A stretch of DNA of 64,000 nt, from positions 38,778-102,777 of the forward strand of contig DASPSR010000028.1 in assembly GCA_035623825.1 (NCBI GenBank). Direction: 5' to 3'. The stretch comes from Nitrospirota bacterium (GTDB lineage Bacteria > Nitrospirota > UBA9217). Position 1 is the first letter of the stretch. Each line of letters begins with the position of its first letter. Position numbers and translations under genes: made by a program. Shown piece after piece: positions 42,164 through 50,305 of this stretch. The notes beneath the pieces were generated by a model, which ran no database searches, had not been told where the DNA came from, and saw nothing but the letters and a program-made list of their open reading frames with translations.

Positions 42164-44062
42164 TTATCTGAGCTCCGCGGCAGAATCGGTACTCGCCTTG
42201 AGCGCAGGATTCGACGCAAAAAGAATCACCTGGGTCTTCGTGCCGAGGGCACGGAGGACCTGGCACGCAGCCTGCTGCCTGACGGGGTCGAAACCCACGA
42301 GCGGGTCGTCGAGGACGAAAGGCATCCGGAGCTTGTTTGCGATTGATTCGAGAAGTCCGGTCTTCAGGCAGAAATAGACCAATCCCCTCGTCCCATGGCT
42401 CAATTCCGAAAAGCTCACCTTCGAGTTATCCTTGAGATGCACAACGGGATTGCCTTCGCGCCCGACCTCTATCCCGATGTATCTGCCCGCGGTAACGGCT
42501 GAAAGATTCCGCTGCGCGGCGGCCTCGACCGCCTGGATGAGCGTTTCCGTCTCGAACCCGCCGATCCTGCTCGCAATCCGCAGCTCCTCAAGGAATCCCC
42601 CGTTGCCGTCGGCGGGAGCCTGCGCTGCTGCTTCGGCGAAAAGTTCAGGGCCTCCGCCGAAATCCATGGGCGCCTCCGCGGACATCTCCGACTCTATTCT
42701 TTCAATATCCTGCCTTATGCTGTACGTATCGATGGCATACGGTGCGACCGCACTCGCGGCCTTTTCGAGCTCTGTGGTTTCCTGCTGCTGCTTGGCACAT
42801 TCGGCTTGCAGGTTGCCGACCGTCAGGCCGCCGAGCATGCGCTTCCGCTGTTCCTCAATGTCCTGCCGGAGCGAAAGAAAGTACCGGTAATTGTCTGCTT
42901 TGTCTTTGAGCTCTCGTGCGGCCGATGAACCCGTGGCCTTCATGCAGGCCATGATGGCCGATCCCGCCTCTTCAAATCCCTTCTCAAGCTCGACAAGCTG
43001 TGCCTGCAGCGCCTCCTCTTCCATCATAAGCTGCTTGCGCTGCGTGTTTTTCCTCTGGCCTTTGTACCACGCAACAGCGATCAGCAGGAGCGACAAAAGC
43101 ACGCCGAGCGGGAAAAAATTCGCTTGCTCCGCCGTAAGGATGAACAGCCCCGCGATGACTGACAGAACGCCGAGCACGGCCCCCAGGATGAACAGTTTGT
43201 CCCTGAAGAGATTCACCGATGGCATATCGGCGAGCTGCATCTTCAGCCCTTCGATATCCTTGGTAAGCTGATCGGAATCGGCCACATTCTGTCCCTGACG
43301 CCGCTCATGCTCGTCGATGAGCACATCGAGGTTCTCAGGGAGCGTCGCGCAGCCCTTGAGCTCATCGAGGCTTGCATCTATTTCCGATGCGCGGCGGTCC
43401 AGTTCCTCGAGCCCGTCCAGTTTTTTCTGCGTTTCACCAAGCCTCAGCTTGGCCGACTGTGCGCGGTAGTCGGCATCCGCAGCTTCCTCGGCCTTGCGGA
43501 GCGACTCCTTGAGTTGGGCGAGCCTTGCCTCATTTGCGACGGTTTTGCCTCCCGCGGCCGGAGCGGGTTTCCTTGCCGTGGCCGATCGTGGCGACGCTGG
43601 CACGTGCGTAACGGGCGATGCTGATTGCGCAGAGCAGTCCTCCCGCCGGAGGACGAATAGCCTGCGGTAGTCCGCCTCGGACATCCCGGCGGTCAGGCCG
43701 GCCATGAACTGAGTCGCACTGGCCCAGTCCTTGTGGACGAGTCCGAACTCCTTGGTGGCGCTGTTGTACTTGGAAATGTTCACGGCGTGCTTTGAAAAAT
43801 CCTGAATGACCCGGTAGTACGCTTGCTCATCAGAGAACACCACGATGGCTGCTCGTGATGCGTCGGGAGCATATTTCGATATGAACGGTTCCATGAGCCC
43901 CGCCTCGCCGCTCGGGAAGAGCAGGCGCAGCATGGAATCGACGGACGACGTCTTTCCCGATTCGTTACCGGCGGCTACGAAGTTGAAGCCGCGTTGGAAC
44001 CTGAGGCGGGCAAGTTCACGGATTCCCCGCACTCCCTGCATCAAAAGCTCCACCAGGAACAT
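42164..44062 (-). CDS. YhaN/Rad50-like coiled-coil ATPase with two internal TM helices
   Basis: Walker A GNESGKTS, coiled coils, two hydrophobic helices, LSHG signature and FVLDDPLVGFD Walker B/D-loop. Confidence 0.75.
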   Translation of the reverse strand: MFLVELLMQGVRGIRELARLRFQRGFNFVAAGNESGKTSSVDSMLRLLFPSGEAGLMEPFISKYAPDASRAAIVVFSDEQAYYRVIQDFSKHAVNISKYNSATKEFGLVHKDWASATQFMAGLTAGMSEADYRRLFVLRREDCSAQSASPVTHVPASPRSATARKPAPAAGGKTVANEARLAQLKESLRKAEEAADADYRAQSAKLRLGETQKKLDGLEELDRRASEIDASLDELKGCATLPENLDVLIDEHERRQGQNVADSDQLTKDIEGLKMQLADMPSVNLFRDKLFILGAVLGVLSVIAGLFILTAEQANFFPLGVLLSLLLIAVAWYKGQRKNTQRKQLMMEEEALQAQLVELEKGFEEAGSAIMACMKATGSSAARELKDKADNYRYFLSLRQDIEEQRKRMLGGLTVGNLQAECAKQQQETTELEKAASAVAPYAIDTYSIRQDIERIESEMSAEAPMDFGGGPELFAEAAAQAPADGNGGFLEELRIASRIGGFETETLIQAVEAAAQRNLSAVTAGRYIGIEVGREGNPVVHLKDNSKVSFSELSHGTRGLVYFCLKTGLLESIANKLRMPFVLDDPLVGFDPVRQQAACQVLRALGTKTQVILFASNPALKASTDSAAELR

Positions 44063-44137
44063 ACCAGGCTCCTTTCAGCATATATGACCTTATACTATAG
44101 CGCAAGTAGAACCAAGTTGCAACAGGGAAAACCCGCT

Positions 44138-45673
44138 TTACATCCTCTCCAAAGCTTTCTTGAGCGCCTCGGCCTTCTGGAGGGTCTCGAAATATTCGCG
44201 CTCGGGATCGGAATCGGCGACAATGCCGGCGCCGACCTGAATATGGGCCATGCGGTCCTTGATCACAAATGTCCTGATGATAATGTTCAGGTCCATGTCT
44301 CCAGCGTTCGAGATATACCCGATGGAGCCGGTATAGGGGCCGCGCGCAACGGGCTCGAGCTCGTCGATGATCTCCATGCACCGCACCTTGGGCACACCGG
44401 TGATGGTACCCCCTGGAAACACAGCCCGGATGAGATCGAAGGCATCCCGGCCCGCCGCGAGCTCTCCGCGCACATTCGAGACGATATGGATCACATGGGA
44501 GTAGTCCTCCACCACCATCATTTCATCGACCCGGACCGTACCGTAGCCGCAGACCTTGCCTAAATCGTTCCGTTCGAGGTCGAGCAGCATGACATGCTCG
44601 GCGCGTTCTTTTTCGTTCGTTAGAAGCTCGGCCGAAAGCTCCTGAGTCTCCGCACGGTTTCCGCCTCGCCTGCGCGTGCCGGCGATCGGCCTGGTTTCGG
44701 CAATTCCCTCGCGCAGGCTGATGAGCCGTTCCGGAGACGAGCTGACGAGCTGCAAATCGCCGAAATCCAGGAATGCAGCAAAAGGAGAGGGGTTGATGTC
44801 CCGCAGGACCCGATACAATTGCAGGGGGTCGGCATTGCCGATCTTTGCCGTAAATCGCTGAGACAGGTTCGCCTGATAGATGTCCCCTGCTGTGATGTAC
44901 TCCTTGCAGCGTCTGACCATGGATTCGAAATCGGCCTGCATCATATTCGGTTTGACCCGGAAACACTGAGGATCACCTTTTCGGAATAGCGGCGCGTTAC
45001 TCTTCATGTGCTGCGCCGCAAGCTCAGAGTCGAACGCCAAAAGCTTATCCACCGCTTCATCATAAAGGCGCTCCCATTGGTCCTGCTCAGGACGGCGGAA
45101 GCCCATTTCCTGTTCCCTCGCGCCGGGGTTTACAACAATCCATGCCTTATCGAGGGCATGGTCGAACGCCACAACCATGTCCACAAGAATAAAATAGGAC
45201 TCTGGAATATCGAGGTCCACCGTAACCGTACGCGGCAATTTCTCGAATTGATGCACGAAGTCGTACGAGAAGAACCCTACCGCGCCGCCGGTAAAAGGAG
45301 GAAGTCCGTCAATCCTCTCTGCCCGGTAGTTGGACATGAGCTCGCGCAATTTCTGAAGCGGCTTCCTGTTCATTGATGCCCGTCTGCCATACTTGCCTTT
45401 CGGCGTTGCTGCAAGGCTGAGCTCCACATTATCCCCTTTCGAACGGAAGATGAGATAGGGGTCTGCCGTAACGAACGAATACCTGCCGGTCTTGTTGCTC
45501 GCACGCGCACTTTCGAGCAGCACGGGAAAGGGACAGCCGGTCGATCGGAATGCTTCGAGCGCTGCAAGAGGCGTGAGTTTCTTCATTTCAAGCTCTTTGT
45601 ACAAGGGCAGGACCTTGCCAGTGCGCAAGTAATCGAGAAAGGCGTGTCTTGAGGGACAAATTTCCTTTGACAT
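44138..45673 (-). CDS. Anthranilate synthase / aminodeoxychorismate synthase component I
   Basis: LLES...GRYS, GDIYQ.NLS, SSSPE, PIAGT, KERAEH.ML.DL.RNDL and GAGIVADS. TrpE versus PabB cannot be resolved (PIAGT rather than PIKGT, but DLNIIIRT). Confidence 0.9.
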   Translation of the reverse strand: MSKEICPSRHAFLDYLRTGKVLPLYKELEMKKLTPLAALEAFRSTGCPFPVLLESARASNKTGRYSFVTADPYLIFRSKGDNVELSLAATPKGKYGRRASMNRKPLQKLRELMSNYRAERIDGLPPFTGGAVGFFSYDFVHQFEKLPRTVTVDLDIPESYFILVDMVVAFDHALDKAWIVVNPGAREQEMGFRRPEQDQWERLYDEAVDKLLAFDSELAAQHMKSNAPLFRKGDPQCFRVKPNMMQADFESMVRRCKEYITAGDIYQANLSQRFTAKIGNADPLQLYRVLRDINPSPFAAFLDFGDLQLVSSSPERLISLREGIAETRPIAGTRRRGGNRAETQELSAELLTNEKERAEHVMLLDLERNDLGKVCGYGTVRVDEMMVVEDYSHVIHIVSNVRGELAAGRDAFDLIRAVFPGGTITGVPKVRCMEIIDELEPVARGPYTGSIGYISNAGDMDLNIIIRTFVIKDRMAHIQVGAGIVADSDPEREYFETLQKAEALKKALERM

Positions 45674-45819
45674 AAGTGCGAAAATAGTAACTACATTTGG
45701 AAAGCCGGTCAAGCTAAATATCGTGAAAAATTTTCTGCGGAGTCCCGGGAGATATGTTATAATTTACTTGAAGATAAAGCGGTCAAGTCAGTATTGATCT
45801 TTGAAAGAGTGTGTTCAAG

Positions 45820-46136
45820 AGGCGTTGCCGAACCCACACCAATAGGTGTAAGTATTTTAAACCCGTTATGAGGGGACTCAGGTACCGGTATTTACGGGAA
45901 GCCGAAACCGGCAAGCAGGCTGCCAGTCGAGCGGTAAGGCTTCCGGTCGTACAGCACAGGCGCCGTAAAACTGGAAGAGCCGAATGCCCCAAAGTCCAGG
46001 GAAATGTGGGATTAAATGAACAATGAACTTCACAGGGTCTGCACGGCAGAGCCGCAGAAGTAAACATTGGAATTCCCGCAGATTTCAAGGGCTCGACGGA
46101 ATGTTTAAAACCCGGTTCGGTGGCAACGCCTTTTTT
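45820..46136 (+). ncRNA. Candidate large structured ncRNA, copy A
   Basis: 5' AGGCGTTGCC-GAACC pairs with 3' GGTTC-GGCAACGCCT followed by a T-run. Upstream TGtTATAAT. Homologous to 48747-49055 with compensatory changes. Confidence 0.7.
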
Positions 46137-46229
46137 ATTTGCCCAGAATCTGCATACTATAACATCTGTTTTAAAACTTCCTGCATCTTGAAGTCTCTCA
46201 GGGATGTCAAGCGTCATACTTAATATATA

Positions 46230-46991
46230 TTATGCTCTCCTGAGAACCCTGCTCAGAAACATCTTCGTCCTCTCACGCCTTGGATCCGAAAAAATTTCCT
46301 CGGGCGTTCCTGATTCGATGATATCGCCGTCCGCGAATACTACAATCCGGTCCGCAACTTCTTTCGCAAATCCCATCTCGTGAGTTGATATCAAGGTCGT
46401 CATCCCCTCCTGAGACACCAGATCCTTGATCACGGCGAGCACCTCGCCGACCATCTCAGGGTCGAGCGATGCCGTGGGCTCGTCGAAGAGCATGGCCTGT
46501 GGTTTCATGGCAAGGGCCCGCGCGATGGCTGCACGCTGCATTTCTCCGCCTGAGAGCGTCTCCGGCCTGCAATCAGCCTTCTTATCGAGATTGATCCTGC
46601 CGAGAAAAACCAGCGCCTCTTGCTCGGCCTTCTTCCGATCAATGCCGAGAACGTGCACCGGGGCGAGAATGATGTTCTCGAGCACTGTCATGTGCGGAAA
46701 GAGGTTGAAGTGCTGGAAAACCATTCCGACCTTGAGCCTCACCTGCCGGATGGCCTCGGCATCATTTTTCGATGGCCGGGCGCGGTTGATTGAGTGGAGT
46801 GCGGTATCATCCACTTCGATCTCGCCCTTCTCAAAGGTCTCCAGGCCGTTGATGCACCGGAGGAACGTGCTCTTTCCGCTCCCCGATGGCCCGATCAGAA
46901 CGGCCACCTCGCCCCGAGCCACATCAAGACTGATGCCCTTGAAAAGCCCCTGGATGCCGAAAGATTTGTGGAGATTTCTTACCTTAATCAT
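46230..46991 (-). CDS. Polar amino-acid ABC transporter ATP-binding protein (GlnQ-like)
   Basis: [25 protein letters not shown] and [12 protein letters not shown]. Confidence 0.96.
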   Translation of the reverse strand: MIKVRNLHKSFGIQGLFKGISLDVARGEVAVLIGPSGSGKSTFLRCINGLETFEKGEIEVDDTALHSINRARPSKNDAEAIRQVRLKVGMVFQHFNLFPHMTVLENIILAPVHVLGIDRKKAEQEALVFLGRINLDKKADCRPETLSGGEMQRAAIARALAMKPQAMLFDEPTASLDPEMVGEVLAVIKDLVSQEGMTTLISTHEMGFAKEVADRIVVFADGDIIESGTPEEIFSDPRRERTKMFLSRVLRRA

Positions 46992-47078
46992 GCCTGATAG
47001 ATCCCTGATTGATTGCCCGCACTTCGATTTTCTTCTTTACAACATATTTATATTTGAACTTTCGGCTTCGTCATTCGG

Positions 47079-48575
47079 TTATCTCTGCCCTTTCAGCCTC
47101 TTCTCAAGCTTCCTCGCCAGAATGGACAGCGGGTAGCTCATGCAGAAGTATAGAATCGCTACGATCATTCCCAGCTCAAAGTAGCGGAGCGTCGTAGCTG
47201 CCAGAATGCCGTAGGTCTTGGTGAGTTCAACCATGGCGATGACCGACACGATGGACGAGTCCTTAAAGAGAGCTATGAAGTCGTTGGTGACTGCCGGAAG
47301 GCTGATCCTGAATGCCTGGGGAAAGATGATTCGGTGAAACGCCATTGTCCTCGGCATACCGAGGGAAAGCGCGGCCTCCATCTGTCCGCGGGGGACGGCC
47401 TCCATTCCTGCACGGTAGACCTCAGCCTCATATGCCGCATAGTTCATGCCGAGACCAATTATGGCCGCGGCAAGCGGGGACAGTACGATGCCGATATTCG
47501 GCAAGCCGTAGTACAGGATGAACAGCTGGATGAGGAGTGGCGTTCCGCGGTAGATCTCGACATACCAGGCGGCGGCGACCCTGAGCGGCGCGGTCCCGTA
47601 GAGCCGGATCATCGTGATGAATATCCCGAGCACTATGGCCAGTGCCATTGACGCAAGAGATAAGTAAACCGTGATGCCTGCGCCTTTCAACAATGAAGGG
47701 AGAAAGGTATGGAGCGGAGCATCGGCGCTCTCAGCACGGAAGGACTGGCCTGCATCGGGTGCGGATGCGAAAGTGAAGAGTTTCGCCTGCGCCCTATCCC
47801 AAAGCCCCCATTTTTCATAGATACGCTTCAGTTCGCCGGTGCGGATCAGGTTGCCGATGACGGAATCGATGACCTGTTTCAACCCCCGATCCCCTTTCCG
47901 GATCGCAATGCCATAGTATCCCTCTCCTTCGGGCGGTCCGGCGTACTTAAGCCTCGGGTCAGGCTTTCCGTAATATACGGTGATGGGGGTATCAAGAAAG
48001 ACTGCATCAAGCCTCCCGAGCGCAAGGTCTTCATAAGGCCATGCTGCGGAATACGACCTGATGTCCACGCCACCGATCTTTTTGAGGATCTCGTGAGCCG
48101 CAGCGCCAGCGAGCGTACCGACCTTCATGCCCGAGAGGTCGTGAATGTCCCTGATGCGCTCCTCGCGCTTTCGCACCACGAGCTGCAGCGTATACACATA
48201 GTACGGCCGGGAGAACATCACCCGTTTTTCCCGCTCGGGGATGATCTCGAGCCCGTTCATGGCCATGTCGTAATCTCCCCGCTCAAGCGCCGGGATCAGG
48301 CTGTCCCAGGCGGTCTGAACCAGCTGTGATTTGACACCAAGTTGTTTTGCGATGGCCTCTACGATGTCCACCTCGAAGCCGATGAGCTTGGATGGGTCCT
48401 TGGGGTCCGGGAACACGTAAGGCGCGCCGCCTTCTGAGTCGGAGCCCCAGAGCAGAACGCCTCGGGTCTTTATGTTCTTAATCGTCGAAGAAGCAGCAGG
48501 GGAACAAGAGCAAAGGGCGATTACGAGGACAACGTCAGTGAGGATTGAAAAAGAAGAGGGAAAACGGCGCATCAT
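47079..48575 (-). CDS. Fused amino-acid ABC substrate-binding protein / permease
   Basis: SBP_bac_3 domain (GFEVDI, WDSLIPAL, FSRPYY) fused to a HisM/GlnP permease (RGTPLLIQL, AEVYRAG, EAA, KDSS). Confidence 0.93.
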   Translation of the reverse strand: MMRRFPSSFSILTDVVLVIALCSCSPAASSTIKNIKTRGVLLWGSDSEGGAPYVFPDPKDPSKLIGFEVDIVEAIAKQLGVKSQLVQTAWDSLIPALERGDYDMAMNGLEIIPEREKRVMFSRPYYVYTLQLVVRKREERIRDIHDLSGMKVGTLAGAAAHEILKKIGGVDIRSYSAAWPYEDLALGRLDAVFLDTPITVYYGKPDPRLKYAGPPEGEGYYGIAIRKGDRGLKQVIDSVIGNLIRTGELKRIYEKWGLWDRAQAKLFTFASAPDAGQSFRAESADAPLHTFLPSLLKGAGITVYLSLASMALAIVLGIFITMIRLYGTAPLRVAAAWYVEIYRGTPLLIQLFILYYGLPNIGIVLSPLAAAIIGLGMNYAAYEAEVYRAGMEAVPRGQMEAALSLGMPRTMAFHRIIFPQAFRISLPAVTNDFIALFKDSSIVSVIAMVELTKTYGILAATTLRYFELGMIVAILYFCMSYPLSILARKLEKRLKGQR

Positions 48576-48746
48576 GGCACAAGAGTAACACCGATGAAAT
48601 TTTGTGTCAATATTCTTCAAGGCCGTGCAAATCTTATCGGGAAGTTTGCAATGCGGGAAGGGAAATTACCAACCGCGGCTTTCATATTTGTCCCCGGCAA
48701 GCTGAAAATTGTGTATAATGTGAGTAAGGAGAAATTTTATTATTAA

Positions 48747-49055
48747 AGGCGTTGTCGGGCCAACACCTATAGGTGTAAATATTTTAACCCGTTTTCAGGG
48801 GGAAAAGGCAACGGACCTGACAGGATGCCGAGACCGGCAAGCGGGCGGCAAGTTGAGCGGTCAGGCTCCCGGTTTTACAGGGTTCTGGCGGGCCGAAAGA
48901 GCCGAATGCCCCGAAGCCTGGGAGAAAAGGGAAAGAAAAACAATACGGCTTCAAAGGGTCCGCCTTGACGGAGCCGGCGAAGCAGCAAATGCTTCCCGTC
49001 CAGTATCCCGGTCTCAACGGAAAGTTAAAAACGGTTCGATGGCAACGCCTTTTTT
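48747..49055 (+). ncRNA. Candidate large structured ncRNA, copy B
   Basis: 5' AGGCGTTGTC-GGGCC pairs with 3' GGTTC-GGCAACGCCT through G-U pairs, followed by a T-run. Upstream TATAAT at 48714-48719. Homologous to copy A. Confidence 0.7.
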
Positions 49056-49150
49056 ATTGTCCAGAGCGGACCGGTCAAATGATGCGAGGTTTCCACAAGC
49101 CGGCCGATTTAACATACCTTCCTGATGAGTATCCAGATCTGATCCTCATG

Positions 49151-50305
49151 CTACCCGATGCTCTCCACCATCTTCCGGAAAGAGCGGCAGTTCTCGACGA
49201 GGTCCTGGCCGTGCCGGAACAGTCCGCCGCCGATCAGGAAAATGAGGTCCCTTCCGTAGGTTGCGAGCATCTCCGGCACGCGGTCGAGGTTCATTCCGCC
49301 GCCGGGAGCAGGAAAAATGGTCTTGATGTCGCCCATGGGGACCTCTGTCCCCGCCACGATATCCGCACACTCCTCGCGGCTGAAGGAAAAGCGGCCGCCG
49401 AAATTCGGGAAGATTGTGGCGTCGGCACCGCTGAGGCGGGCAATCTGTCCAAAGAGGACCCCGTGGGACATGCCTCCCCTTCCCGTGACGAAGCTCCCCT
49501 GGAAAGAGGGGTGCGTCATGATCGGGAGGTCGATCTCCTCGTCATCTGCCAGCTCCCGCATGAGATCGAAGCCGACAAGGCCAGGCGCAACCATCAGCCC
49601 GCCTGCGCCGGCCGCCTTCGCCGTCCGCGCACGTTTCTTCACCTCAAGGCTGGACGCCGTGATATTCGCGACGTAGATGCTCTTGTTGCCGGTCTCCCGG
49701 TTCGCCCGAGCAACTGCCTCGCTGCAGCGCTTCACTCGCTCCTCGAAGGGAGAGCAGCACTGGTCCGTGAGGCCGTGATCGTCTTTGATGATGTCCATGC
49801 CGCCAAGAGCGAATTGATAGGCCAGATCGGCAAGCTCCCGGCAGGTGAGGCCCAGAGGCTTGACCGCCGTGGAGAGGAGCGGCCGATGAGGAATATCGAG
49901 AAGCCTTCGGGTCCCTTGACGGCCGTAGCGGGGTCCCCTGAAGCGGGCAAGAAAGGACAAGGGCAGGTCGAGATGTTCCACGACGATCCCGGGCTTTATG
50001 CTCGTGTTGCCGAACACCACATTCAGGAATTGCGTCAGCTCGCCTGCGGCGATCTCGACTGCGTAGCTGATTACCGCCTTAAGGCTTTTCTGGTCGAACC
50101 GCTCAAACAGCTCAATCCGTCCTAACACATGGTCCCTGATGGCGCCTTCTGCAACGAGGTCAGCCGGAAACTCGATCGTCTGCTCTATGCAGATCTCCTC
50201 TGCCTTGGTGCGAGCCTCCGATTCGCTCCCGAAGATGCGGTAGGTTACGGAAAAGCGCTCGCCCGAGAAGAGCATTCCCGGCGTGCATGTTTTCTGGATG
50301 ATCAT
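49151..50305 (-). CDS. RuBisCO-like protein (form IV, R. rubrum MTRu-1P isomerase / DeepYkr-like)
   Basis: IEQTIEFP, FGN, KPLGL, IKDDHG, HP, FPNFGGRF and PAPGGGM...VPEM..TYG.D.IFLIGG. Start MIIQK overlaps the upstream stop (TAATG). Confidence 0.88.
   Translation of the reverse strand: MIIQKTCTPGMLFSGERFSVTYRIFGSESEARTKAEEICIEQTIEFPADLVAEGAIRDHVLGRIELFERFDQKSLKAVISYAVEIAAGELTQFLNVVFGNTSIKPGIVVEHLDLPLSFLARFRGPRYGRQGTRRLLDIPHRPLLSTAVKPLGLTCRELADLAYQFALGGMDIIKDDHGLTDQCCSPFEERVKRCSEAVARANRETGNKSIYVANITASSLEVKKRARTAKAAGAGGLMVAPGLVGFDLMRELADDEEIDLPIMTHPSFQGSFVTGRGGMSHGVLFGQIARLSGADATIFPNFGGRFSFSREECADIVAGTEVPMGDIKTIFPAPGGGMNLDRVPEMLATYGRDLIFLIGGGLFRHGQDLVENCRSFRKMVESIG

Noticed and set aside
45820-46131. 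MITE interpretation of the terminal inverted repeats
   Set aside because: No target-site duplication, and G-U-type changes plus internal covariation point to RNA-level selection. Disfavoured but not fully excluded.
46113-46136. GGTGGCAACGCC resembles a T-box antiterminator, and the element starts AGGCGTTG like some T-box stem I sequences
   Set aside because: It pairs with the element's own 5' end and is followed directly by a T-run with no separate terminator hairpin. No same-strand gene follows, and copy B reads GATGG.
45783-46217. Minus-strand ORF sharing TGSLTA.LAA.LPVSAS with ORF 48784-49017
   Set aside because: Starts, stops and indels are not conserved between copies, and substitutions follow base pairing rather than codon positions.
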